Shown here: one piece after another, positions 1-14,368 of the stretch
Layout of the letters: each line of letters begins with the position of its first letter
Position numbering within the stretch: the stretch's first letter is position 1
Assembly: GCF_009914755.1 (NCBI RefSeq)
Contig: NC_060934.1
Length of the DNA: 64,000 nt
DNA from: the human T2T-CHM13v2.0 reference genome, Homo sapiens
Direction: 5' to 3' (one strand)
Made by a program: the position numbers and the translations under genes
Notes under the pieces: model-generated
Database searches by the model: none
The model's input: only the letters and a program-made list of their open reading frames with translations
Told to the model about the DNA's origin: nothing

Positions 1-1489
1 TGGATACAGGTGTCACAAATGAAGCAAGAGTCCCAGAGCTGCTGTGTATAGATTTTCAGGGCCCCTGACTATTACTACAGAAGGAGAGGAGATTCCATCC
101 AGCCCCGATTACAGTGTGAAGTCCTCTTCCATACCCTTTGCCACCCTGCCCCCAATTTTACCCTAGTGCCTTCCCCACCCAAACCTCAGCAATCCAAGTA
201 GCCAACCCAGGACAGATATCTGTTAGAGACTGACCACTCAAAGGCTGCAGGAATGAGGTCTGCCACAATTTCACAGAGCAGAAAACCCTGCTCCCCATCA
301 CCCGGTTACACCTGAGCCAACCTGAGGGTCTGATGCAAGAGCAAGAGTGGGCAAGGGATGGGTTGGTTGCTTGGCCTGCTGCCTGCTGACAGGTCCCGGG
401 TTGGTGTCACATATCATACTGTTTGATCTGTCTCCTTCCAGACCTCCTTGCCTTATACTTAGGATTTTCCTCCTCGCTTCACTCCCCCAAGCTGTGCCTC
501 TGTGCTCTTAGGATATGCCAAGGGGAATTACACAACTTGAACTAGTTTGCCATGCTGCTAAGACACTCGTCTGTTACTGATTTCTTCTGCTTTTTATTAA
601 AAGCATTTCCATGTCCCTTGCTCAGAAACCTCTGAGTGTATATGCATAATTACCAAAATGCCAAGTCATCAGCATCCAACCTACTAAGGAATGTCAGACT
701 CCAGGACACGAAAACATTGATCTTGCGCAATACTCAGAGGGGCCGGGACTTTCTCACGGAGTAAAGGTTCTTTTTTCTTTTAAAAATTGCTTTTATAGAC
801 TCGATCTTTGTAAGACAATTGTATCGTTTGGTGTTGGGAATCCTTTATGATTTTATAAATAAACTTTCAATAACATTGTTTTTACTTTAAAAAAAAAGAC
901 ATGTTTTTCCTCCTCCCAGCACAATAGTGATGTAGCTTGTGTTTGACATGTGAGTCCTTGTGGGTGTCATCTACACTGGGTGCCAGTGAAATGATGAGAG
1001 CTTTGGAGGGAACTGGGATGTAGCTGTTGCCTCTGTTTTCAACAGGAGAAGCTTCCACGGATGGAAGGAGTTTAGTAGATAAAATAGGGCTATTTCCCTG
1101 TTGTCTTCCCTGAACATATCTTGAATTGTGACATAAGAGATGAGGATGTGGAACAACTGGTGTAGGGTGTGTGAAGCCCATGTCTGGCCAGGCAAAGTGG
1201 AGGATTATTGAGGAATGGTGGTGATTCTCTGGGCAGCTGAAGCCACAAGCCCTGCTCACACTCTCTTCCCTTGGTTATGTCCAAACTGAGTTGAGGTCAA
1301 AACCCACCAGATCAAGGTATGGTTTTCCAGATGCTGCACTGGGGCCAAAGAAGCTACTTTTGGGCAGGACTCTCTGCCCCGCTTTTCTGCAACAACTAGC
1401 CTGGAGGAAAGAACACAGACTTATCCAGCCACCACCCTAAAACAGCTACAAATGGGTCTGGCCAAGCCAGAACTCATCAATTTGCTTTC

Positions 1490-2050
1490 TCTTTTCTTCT
1501 TTTTTTAATAGATTTAGGGGGTACAAGTGCATTTTTGTTACATAGATATATTACATAGTGGTGAAGTCTGAGCTTTTAGTGTGGCCATCACCCAAATAGT
1601 ATACATTGTACTCATTAAGTAATTTCTATCCCTCACCCTCTCCTGCCCTTCTGGGTCTTCAATGTGTATTATTTCCCATGTCCACTTGTACATATTATTT
1701 AGCTCCCACTTACAAGGGAAATAATGCAGTCTTTGACTTTCTGTGTTATTTCACTTAAGATAATGGCCTCTATTTCCATCCATGTTGCTGCAAAAGACAT
1801 GATTTCATTCTTTTTGTGGCTGAATAATATTTCATTGTGTATACACACATACACACACACACATATACAAAATCACATTTTCTTTATCCAGTCATCCATT
1901 GATGGACACTTGGGTTGATTCTGTATCTTTGCTATTGTGAATAGTGCTGCAAGAAACATACACGTACAGGTATCTTTTTTACATAATTTCTTTTCCTTTG
2001 GGTAGATACCCAGTTGTGGGATTTCTGGCTTGAATGGTAGTTATATTTTT
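1490..2050 (-). mobile_element. Older L1 3' end fragment
   Basis: T-rich start; tccatccatgttgctgcaaaagacatgatttcattc and gctattgtgaatagtgctgc are L1 3' signatures. Confidence 0.85.
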
Positions 2051-2468
2051 AAGAACTCATCAGTTTGTTTTCAAGGAATGAGGCCCAGAAGTGAAATGTA
2101 CCTTTTTCTGCCCAACTCTTCTGCTTTTTACAATTAATTACCTTGGTGCTTCATGTTGTTCTCTACATTACCATCACTGTCCCTGTCCCCGTCAGTTCTT
2201 AGTCACTCTGGAGAAGGGTCTGGTCCTTCATCACACAGTGGATGGGTAGGGCCCTGGGCATCTGACTTCAGGACCCCTTGTTTCACATGCCCTTATTAAA
2301 CAAACAGTCTTGCTGCTCCATGTGGCCTCTTCCTCAAGTTACTGGGTCAAGGCCTGAGGCTTCTTGATGCCCTTTGATTCTAGTTGCACACTATTTTACT
2401 CTATCCAGCCACATTTCTGGAGTGTCTTGCTCCCCACCCTTACTTCTTGGGGAAGTCAGCTTCCCCAG

Positions 2469-2576
2469 AATGACTTTAGGTTTGTGATGATTTAAGAGCT
2501 TTAGTGACTTTAAGAGCTTTAGTTTGATGATTTAAGAGCTTTAATGACTTTAGCTTTGTGATGATTTAAGAGCTCT
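2469..2576. repeat. Mosaic tandem repeat with four tttaagagct cores
   Basis: Units of 34, 18, 22 and 34 nt; first and last are nearly identical. Confidence 0.9.
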
Positions 2577-2654
2577 GAAACCTTTTTATAAAACAAATTT
2601 AGATTATAAACTTTAAGAGTCATTGTATCGCCCTGTGGGACCCTGACGTGCTGA

Positions 2655-3420
2655 CTCATTTATTCTACATGTTTTCCTTGAGTACCTTCTCTAGGCCAGG
2701 CACTGTGCCAGGTGCTGGGTGTACAATGAGGATAACCAGAGAAGACAAGGTCTCTGCCCTCATGGAATTAAAAGTTGAATTAAGTAGATGTAACAAGTAG
2801 TTACTAATATGTAATTAATACTTGTGAAAGTGCTTTGAAAGGATGGACAGGGAGTCATGATAGAGGAGAACAGGAGGAATCTTCCTAGGTGACCAGACAA
2901 GGTCTTCAGAGAAGGTGGTGCCTCAGCTGAGAACTAGTGACTGAGGAGCAGACAGCCATTAGCTGAGGCGGGAGGAGGTGGGGTGGGGAAGGGAAATGGC
3001 ATTCATCGAGGTGGGGAAAGCCTGCTTAGTTAAGGATGCCCAGGGAGGCCAGTGGCTAAAGCAAAGCAAGAGAGGGGAAAGGAGGTCCCAAGATCAGATC
3101 AGATAGGAAAGCAGGGGCCAGGTCACAGCAAGGAATTTGGATTTTATTCAGACAAAACAGGAAGCTGATTTGTGTTTTAAAAATGTGATTCTGGCAGCTG
3201 AGGTGAAAACAGATTATAAGATTCTAAGTGGGGAGACTGTGGTCCAGGTGAGGCTGAGGTAGCTGGGATTTGAGTGGAGACAGAGATAGGACCGATGGGC
3301 TCATTATGTCAGATGGATCGCAAGGCTGCATGTGGGGCTGAGGGAGCGGCAGGAGTCAAGGACAATCCTGGGGTTTCTGGTTTCAGGAACTGCATATAAG
3401 TGGATGACACTTACTGAGAA
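2655..3420. mobile_element. L2 LINE relic
   Basis: tcatttattc...ccaggcactgtgccaggtgctggg and later purine-rich L2-like segments. Confidence 0.6.
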
Positions 3421-4859
3421 GGGGGAAGACTGGAAGTGGACTCCTTAATTCCATAATCAGATCAAGGCAGTGATGATTATGGTTCTAATGAGAAAATGAT
3501 TCAACCTATTATTTTACTCTTTCTGCTACATGGTTTGCCAGACAACAGCTTGGCAGCTAAATAGATCATCAACCTTCCATGACTCATTCTAAATAGAGGC
3601 TAATCAAATATTTTGCTTTATCTCAAGAGACAGGATTAAATTCCCAAGGTTCTACCCTGAAAGAGCAGAATCTATAAAGAATCTGATTTTTCATTTGAGG
3701 CCCCTGAGCTAAATCTGTGTTAAGAGAAGCTGACAGCCTCCTCATCCCCTTTTTTGGAAGAAGCAGAAGGATTGGGGGAGCTTTGCAGTCTATCACTTGG
3801 GGTGGTTCCACGGTTGAGATGATGTTTGGAGTCACCTTCGGTATCCTGTTTTCTGTTGTTCCTGGAGAGGGCAGCTCACATAAAACCAAGTGACATGGTC
3901 TTAATTGAACTTTTCCAAGAAGTATTTCTTTAAAATGTGAAAAGAACCTGGCTAAGCATTCAGGAGATCTTTGACAGAAGGCCTGCAGATGATCCCAGTG
4001 CCCCCCTCAGGCCTATGCAAGACGGGGCCCAGCCCTAGACCCACACTTTGGCCCTTCTCAGTCTAGTCCATCTATATGGGGCAAAGAGTTCTCAGGGCCA
4101 AAGGGATGTGCTGAGCCAGAGCCTGTGTCCTCCCTTCTAAACCACATTTCAATATCCAGAATCCTGGAATCCCCACCCAAACAATCCTAAGGGACCAGGG
4201 GTCCAGAAGCCCTAGGGCCAGTGCTGGCTATCCACCCACAGCTCTGTTTTCTGGCATGGTTGCTATGAACATTTGTCAAGGAAGAGGATAAAGCCTATTT
4301 TTACCGTTTATCAATGTGACTTCTAACTTAAAAATATTTATCCTTTTGGTTTGTGGGCTTCCGTTTGTCTCAGGCCCTGCCAATGTGGGGGCAGGCCTGA
4401 ATGCTTCCCACTAAAATGTATGGCCACATGAGGATTGGTTGTCTGTGCTGTGACAGATGGTTTTGAGGGCAAACCCAAGGCCTTGGCCTTTCTAAAATAA
4501 GGTTTGTGATTGGAGTTGATGTAAAATACCTCACCATGGTAGAGGGGCGCATGGTCTAGGGTAGCAAGCCATGCTTGTAGTACTGCCCTCATCTCGTTCG
4601 GGGTCCTTGTGCACCTAACCTGAAGACAAGAACCAAGGAAGATGTGAACCACCCGTCCCCCCTGTCTGGGGAAAATAGATGCTCCAGCTCCTCACTGGGA
4701 GAGGTTGTGGGGAGCAGCTGAGTGGAAGGGAGCCATGAGTTTGTCTTAGGTATTTGTTCCTCTTAGGAATAAACATCAACAAAGCAGCTCAGCTCCTTCC
4801 CCGGGCTCTGATGGGAAGGGTGAGGCCCATCACCACCACCCAGTGTTACCATCGCCTGA

Positions 4860-5198
<339 letters not shown>

Positions 5199-5853
5199 TG
5201 AGCGGGACAAGAAGACTACCCCCATTCCTAGAAGGGATGTGTGCACCATTCCCCTGTGTTCCAATACAGTGCTGGGTGGTAACTGCTACTGGCTGTATAA
5301 AGGCTGTTTTCAGTAAGCTTTAGGACGGTTCATTATTTGTCACTCTTTTAACATCTCCTGACCCCCTTTTTTCATGTGGGGAAATGAGGCACAAAGCAAT
5401 AGATTAGCTTGCCTGACACAAATTGCTGCCAGAACCATTTCCTTTGCATCCCCTACCATTGGCATCAGTTTGATTTTATTCATTGGTTTTTCTAAGATAA
5501 GATTTTTCTAAGATAAGTTTGCAGGTGATTAATAAACAAAGTGATGTGTAGAAGAAACCATGCTATACATCTGCCTGTCTGTTGGTTAAAAAGAAGAAAC
5601 CATGCTATACTTTTACATGTGATAATATAATTTTATACCTTAAAGTCTAAAACACAACTTGACCTGTGTGTTAACTGAAAATCTTTTGTAGTCACTAGTA
5701 AGACCCCTTGAAAATTACTAAGCTATTTGAAGAGAACCATGTGCAATTGCCCAGGAGAGAGGTAGCAAAAGGCTCATGGCCTCATAATTAAAGAGGAGGG
5801 GAGCTATTTCCTCATACCCCTCACTGGGATTGGCATTGCACAGGAGCCTTTAA

Positions 5854-6186
<333 letters not shown>

Positions 6187-7565
6187 TGTTTTGTTTCCTA
6201 GTATTCTGCAAACCATGACAAACTTTGTCCTGAGATCTAGCTAGAGCCCCATTTATCCCAGGCCAGCAGAACACCCAGTGGGTTCACTTGGTAGCTGTTG
6301 CACAGTTGCAGGCTGGGTCATGAGAGGTGCACTGAAATCACCAGGGTGGAAGAAGGTCCTTCTTTCCAGAACGCACGCCTTCATTATTTGGAGAGGGGTG
6401 TGTGCTGGCCGGTTTTCTGTGTTTCAGGACTTTGTGGACAGCCCTGAGTTAAAACTGACATCAGCCTATAAAAGTAACCTTGAAAAGTAACCATGGAATG
6501 TTGCCAGAGGGAGGGATGGAACCTGGGGGATGGGGTGAGACAATAACTATTTTTTTGCAGTAAACTGTGCAAGGCACTTTACTGAGTCCTTTGTTTGAAT
6601 TATCCATTTAATCTCACAGCCACCCTATGAGGTAGGTATTGCTGTCATTCCCATTTTCTAGATGAAGAGTTCAGGTTTGAGGAGTATAGGGTCACATGGC
6701 TAGTAAATGGCACAGCCAAGCTTCAAAGTTGGGTCTTTCTGCCTCCAGAATCCAAGCCCTGAAGTCAGTGGGCTTTAGAGTGAGCGGCAGGACATCAGAG
6801 CTAAAGGAACCCCAGGGAAGTGCCTTTACGAGCTGACCGAGCAATGCTCATGGGTGCATATGACTGCGGACACTTAAGTCTAATGTGACAAGGAGGTTAA
6901 ACCTTAGAAAATCATAGCCCACGATTCTGCTCCTCATAGCTTCCAGAAGCCTTCTCATTGCTAATGCAGACCTTCCCCAGAAGGGGAAGTAGGGAAAAAG
7001 TGGGAAAAGAGGAACTCTAATATGTTAAGTCTGGTTGGTTTTCGTGTTGGACATGTGATCTGTGAGGAAAGAAATGGAAAATCATAGTATGACTACATGA
7101 TTCAACAAATATTTAATGGAGGCCTGCTCTGTTCTTGGCACTGTTGAGATACTGTGGTGAAGACAGCAAGCTGCTGCCCTTCGGGAGCTCACAGGCTAAT
7201 GAGGGAGAAAGACAACAACCACATACATAACCTAGGTAATTTCGGGTCGTAATAATAAGGGCTGTGAAGGAAATAAAGAGGTAATTGGGATCAGTGATTG
7301 GGCAGAGAAGGCAAGGAGACTGCTCTTGAAATGGTTATCAGACAGGCCGAGAAAGGACATTTTTGCTGAGACTTGAAAGGGGAGGGGGTGAATGTTCAAG
7401 ATGGAAACAACAGAGGCTGGAAGGAGCTTGTAGTTTAAGGGTCTGAGTGCCGGCCCATGGTGTGCAAAGGCAGAGGCTCCATGAGAATGTAGCATCACAG
7501 GTGGTATCACCTGGTATCTTTAGGCCATAGTAAGGAATTTGGATTCTATTTTAAGTGTGGCGGGA

Positions 7566-7702
7566 TTTTTTTTTTTTTTTTTGTAGAGACAGGATTCTCA
7601 CTATGTTTCCCAGACTGGTCTCAAACTCTCAGCCTCCAGCGATCCTCCCACCTCAGCCTCCCAAAGTGATGTGATTACAGGCATGAGCCACGGCACTCAG
7701 CC
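7566..7702 (-). mobile_element. Alu monomer (FLAM/AluJ-like)
   Basis: polyT then gtagagacagg...cctcccaaagtg...gagccac. Confidence 0.85.
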
Positions 7703-7732
7703 AGAATTTTTAAGTTTGTTTCTCTTTTCATT

Positions 7733-8207
7733 TATATTAGTCAGTTTTGGCCACTGTAACAAATTACCATAGACTGTGTGGCTTAAACAACAGATATTTA
7801 TTTCTCACCATTCTGGAGGTTGGGAAGTCCAATATCAAGGTGCCAGCAGATCCAGCATCTGATGAAGGCTCACTACCTAGTTTGCAGATTACCTCTCATT
7901 GTATTCTCACATGGTGGAGAGCAAAGAAAGGAAGTAAACTCTCTCTTTTTTTTTTTTTTTTTTTGAGACAGGGTCTCACTGGGTTGACTAGGCTGGTCTT
8001 AAACTCCTGGCCTCAAGTGATCCTCTTGCCTCGGCCTCCCAAAGTGCTGACAAGCTCTCGTCTTCTAAGGGCACTAATCCCATTCATGAGGAATTCACCC
8101 TTATATCCTAATCACCTGCCAAAGGCCCCACCTGTTAATACCACTACATTGGGGTTAGGATTTCAACATATGAATATTGAGGGGACACAAACATTCAGTC
8201 CATAACC
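7733..8207. mobile_element. MaLR LTR (MLT1A/MST-like) interrupted by an Alu fragment at ~7946-8050
   Basis: gtaacaaattaccatagactgtgtggcttaaacaacag ... ggggacacaaacattcagtccataac. Confidence 0.75.
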
Positions 8208-8418
8208 ATTCATATCAGAAGTTGAGAAAATCAGTATGAAGATTTGGTTTGCTGCTTGGAGTAGAAAAGTGAAGGAGATTTTGAAGAGTCATGTTCAATG
8301 GGCAAAACATCATTAGGCTTTACAGATTGGACAGTACTTTCAGGAGATGGATTTGGCAACTCCTCAGAGGAATGTGCTAAGATGATCACCTAGCATTAGG
8401 TTTGTAAGGATTTTCTTA

Positions 8419-8769
<351 letters not shown>

Positions 8770-9052
8770 CTAGAACATAAGGAAAGGGAACATTCTACAA
8801 ATCACAAGGAACATAAAAGTCTGTTTCCCAACATGAGATAGTTTCAGTGTTGAAAACCCCAAGTCCCAGGTCAGTTCTCGGGTGTAGGTGTCTGTCCTTT
8901 TTGTCCAAACAGAAGACTTTGCTGCAATCAGTGCAGCTGAGCAGCACAAAATTTGATTTTTCTTTCCACCTGGATATTTTGAAATCAAGAAGACTAAATG
9001 TCAGAAGTAGAGAAGTTGAGAAGAAGGTGGAAACCAATTAAGTGTTATTCAA

Positions 9053-9700
<648 letters not shown>

Positions 9701-10401
9701 TTAAAATGGGTAGTTCTCCAAAAAGGAATTCTGTGAGTTCAAGCTCTTTTTTTTAACACAAGTGTCTTTTTTGTTTTGATTTTCTCTTTTCTTTTTTTTT
9801 TAATATAAGATTCTGCCTTAGATTAACTTTGAAAATTACCTCCTCCTGATTGATTAGACTGTGTTAGGGACGTTATTTAGGCCACTCATTTATCTACTTC
9901 CCTCACCTGTCTCTCCCCATCTTTCCTTCTGTTGTTATTGTGTTTTTTAACATGAGGGTTTTGGGGGAAGCTAAAGAGAAGACTGCAAGATGAGTGTTTT
10001 CACAGGGCGAAGCCCCTGTGGTTGGCTGCTGGAAGGTTTCTCAAGGGCTTTTTATATCCAACAGACTGAAGGTCCAGAATTAAGTCCAGGAGTAATTGAA
10101 CTTCAAGATAAGTTACAAAATGAGATAGAAAGGTGCATCTAATAGTTATCTGGGAAAGGTGTTAAACAAAGCCATGATTAATGGTAGTTAATAAGTTATG
10201 AAGGTACCAAAGAATTCTTATGAAGTAAGTTTTTTGAAATGTGTTCTGTGTCATCATTAAGCTAAGACTACTTGGCAGATGTCTTACAGTCTGGACTACG
10301 TAACCTTGACCAAGATTCCTCATCACCCTAGATTGCAGCATTGTGTCTTCAGGGATGAATAAACCACTTGAAAGTGAAAACAACATCATACCATGATAGG
10401 A

Positions 10402-10697
<296 letters not shown>

Positions 10698-11173
10698 TGA
10701 CAGGAGACATCACATTAGCCTAAAGGTTAACTTCTGGACACCTTGGCTGCTAAGTCAAAAAGTCCAGAAAGCCACCCTTGCTTTTCACTACTTTCAGAAT
10801 AAACAGACCTCCGCTTCCTTTGTAGCTTAGTGGGTGATTGGATTCTAAACTGGCCACTCTATAAGAGAAGACAATTTGAACTAAAGCTGTTGCTAATAAA
10901 TGGTTATATCTACTGCAATGAAGAGGAAACAAAAACATGGAGTCTGTTGAAAAGTGGCTTGATTCCCTCAGTCAACTAATTGATAAGTATTTGTTAAGCA
11001 TTAACAATGGTTCTGGGTGCCATGAGCTATACTACAGAAATATAAATCTAATAAAAATATATCCTCTGCCTTATAAGTAGATTAAGACCAGTTAGAGAGA
11101 GGAAGCTTAAGGTAAGTTAAATAATAGTGACCAATGCAGGGTACTATCTAATTCATTACAAAATTATGTGGAA

Positions 11174-11482
11174 TTTTTTTTTGTTTTTTGACGGAGTCTC
11201 ACTCTGTCCCCCAGGCTGGAGTGCAGTGGCGTGATCTTCTACCTCACTGAGTTCAACTCAGTGAACTCACTGCAACCTCCGCCTCCTGAGTTCAAGCGAT
11301 TCTCCTGCCTCAGCCTCCTGAGTAGTCAGGATTACAGGCATGCGCCACCACGCCTGGCTAATTTTTGTATTTTTAGTAGAGACAAGGTTTCACCATGTTG
11401 GTCAGGCTGATCTCGAACTCCTGACCTTGTGATCCGCCCGCCTCGGCCTCCCAAAGTGCTGGGATTACAGGTGTGAGCCACT
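11174..11482 (-). mobile_element. Alu with an internal palindromic insertion
   Basis: Reverse dimer, TSD tggaatttttt, extra sequence at ~11238-11265. Confidence 0.95.
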
Positions 11483-11749
11483 ATCTGGAATTTTTTAAGC
11501 ACTAATTGGCTGGAGAATGTACTTTAGGAGTTTGGAAAGAACAAGAGGAGAATTAAGGCAATGCCATGCAAAGGGACACCCTTAAACAGGTATGGAAGGC
11601 AAGTAGACATGGCGCATTCGAGGGACTGGGTAGAGAGAGAAGCTGGGTGGGACCAGTGGTTCTGTCCTGGTGAGTAGTGGGAGTGCTGTTGGCCCTGCGA
11701 GGCCAGGTCATCGAAACTGGGCACAGCTGTTTAGGCCGTCCACTAAACC

Positions 11750-12080
11750 TTCACCATCCAGTACAGCAGCCAGTAGCCATGTATAAATACAGCCATTTAG
11801 TTACATGTGGCTGTTGAACGCATGAAGTGTGTCTCTTTCCAACTGATGTGCTATAAGTGCAAAATACACATTGTATTTCAAGACCAGTGCGAAAAAGAAT
11901 GTAAAATTCCTCACTAATCACTTTAACTAATCACATGATGATGTGAAATTATTTTGGATATATTGGGTTAAATGAAATATGTTATTAAAATTAACTTGTT
12001 TTTACTTTTTAAAATGTGACTACTAGAAAACTTTGAATTACCGATGGGACTGACGTTACATTTCTCTTCAACAGTATTAC
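11750..12080. mobile_element. hAT-Charlie relic (MER33/MER3-like)
   Basis: ttttggatatattgggttaaatgaaatatgttattaaaattaac...atgtgactactagaaaa. Confidence 0.7.
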
Positions 12081-12704
12081 GCTAGATTAAAATAAGTTGT
12101 CATGAGTTGTTGAACAAGGGGAAGGAACTGACAAGAAGTGATACCCGAACCTAGAAATGCCTCTGGGAGAGGCAGAGCAGAGTTGCTTCCCTGGATACAT
12201 TGGCACCTTGTCAACAATTTCTTTTAAGGCAACACATTGACATGGCAGGAGTTCATGATTTAAAAAAAAATTTTTTTTAAAAAGAGAGCTGTGTGAAAGA
12301 AAGCAAGGCTGTTAAGGCTGTGAGTCACATAGAGGATTTAGCCATTGGGTGGTACCTTTCCTTTTATATAAACACCCACCAACAGTGCAGACCCTCTCCA
12401 GCCCCTCCCCCTCCCCACCCTCACTGCCATACACTGCCGTGCTTCTTCCCACTAGTGTGGCCGTCTGAATCTTCTCTTTAGCATCACTGACAAGTGGTGG
12501 CTTAACATCTGTGTGAATGCCTCCAATGATGAGGAACTCGGTACCTCACGAGGAAGTGTGTCCCATTCACTCAGTATTGTTACCAAAAATACTTTCTTCC
12601 CGTCCTTTCCTCCCTGACAATGCTTAAAAAGAGGGTTAGAGTTCCTGGATCCTTGATTCCAGGTAACAAGAGGGGCTTATCATTGTTTTTTAAAAACAAA
12701 AAGA

Positions 12705-12998
12705 GGCCGGGTGCAGTGGCTAACACCTGTAATCCCAGCACTTTGGGAGGCTGAGGAGGGTGATGTCACCTGAGGTCGGTAGTTCAAAATCAGCCTGACC
12801 AATATGGTGAAACCCCGTATCTATTAAAAATACAAAAAAATAAGCTGGGCGTCGTGGTGTGCACCTATAGTCCCATCTACTCAGGAGCCTGAAACGAGAA
12901 TTGCTTGAATCTGGGAGGCAAAGGTTGCACCACTGCACTCCAGCCTGGGCAAGACAGAGCGAGACTCCATCTCAAAAAAAAAAAAAAATTAAAAAAAG
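12705..12998 (+). mobile_element. Alu (S-type)
   Basis: Dimer with A tail. Confidence 0.95.
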
Positions 12999-14186
12999 AG
13001 TGGTACAACTCACTGAAGATAAAATCTGGGCAGAACTTTTCCAAAAATAAATTAGTTAAATAATATAGAGCATTTTGCAACAGTAGTCATTCCCAAGAGA
13101 CTTCCAGCCTGGGGGACGCAGCCAGTCTACCAACTTATAGGGGCCCTGAGCCAGGAAATCCATTTCAAAGCCTACTGAAACAGCCCCTTCCTTCTCTCTT
13201 CCTCCTCTCCTTTCTTCACTCACTGTCCCTTTCCTTCTGTCCCGCTTCTCCACTGTCCATAGTCGGAATTGCCTTCCTTCCCCTACTTTCCCTTTTGCTT
13301 TATTTTCTTGATTAAGGATTTATTTTTCCAAGACCTAGTCTTGCTTTCACAGAATCTCCAGTCACACTGACTTTGGGGGCAGAGGGGACACTGCTCCTTC
13401 CCCCACCTCCACCCTGTGTGTGGCATCAGCAATTTAGACATAATGAGATGGTAAGCTTGACAGCTGTCTTTGAAATGTATGCCCATTATAAAGTCAAATG
13501 GTGAGACATGCATGTGGGCATGTTTTAAACAACCATTCCTAACAGTTTCATATAATGGATTCACTCATGTTATCTCATTATCTCTGGGCCTCTTTTATAA
13601 GATCAGAGAGGTTAACAATGTGGCCAGTGTATTCATTTGCCCATTGGCTGATTAAAAATGTATATGTATTTGGCCAAGGTCTCCCAGCTTGAAAGTGGCA
13701 AAATTGGGACTTGAACTTCAGTTCTTGGCACTGTGTTTCCTGCCATATTTCTTAGGTGAAGGGACATTTGGCCTTTGACTAAACTAGAAGCCAAATCTAA
13801 ATAACTAAAGAACCCAAACAGAGTAAGATCAACTGCTTTACTGGGCTTACCAAGTGTCATTTAGGGAATTTTCCCATCCTTTGGTGTTAGAGCCAAATTT
13901 CCTCATCTTTGGGGGAAATTTTGGAACCTGACTTCTCACTTCCCAACAGAGGGAATTGCAAAAGTCAGGTGTTTTCAACAAGAACATTGAATCGATTGAA
14001 GACTTTGGATAAATGCTAAGTGGATACCTGTGGTTCCATGCCATAAAGCATGGAATATACCATTTTGACCTGAAAAATATCGAAGCCAGTTGTTAACACT
14101 TTGCTGCTTTGTCCTGTAAAATCCTTTAGAAGAAAAAAACCAAAACCTGAGTAGTACCTGTAACTAATTTTAACTAGGTCTTAAGT

Positions 14187-14368
14187 CAGCAGTTCTCAAA
14201 GTGTGATCTCCAGACTAGCAGCACCAGGAACACAGGAACTTGCTAAAAATGCAAATTCTCAGTCTCCACCCCAGACCTAGTAAATTAGAAACTCTGAGAG
14301 TTAAACCCAAAAATCTTGTTTTAACAAGTCCTTCAGATAATTCTGATGCTGAGGTTTGAGAATCACTG
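14187..14368. mobile_element. MER5A-like hAT MITE
   Basis: cagcagttctcaaa...tttgagaatcactg terminal inverted repeats; aaatgcaaattctc core. Confidence 0.8.

Noticed and set aside
2469-2576. Repeat-spacer pattern as a CRISPR-like array
   Set aside because: Human intron; the 'spacers' are pieces of the repeat itself and there are no cas genes.
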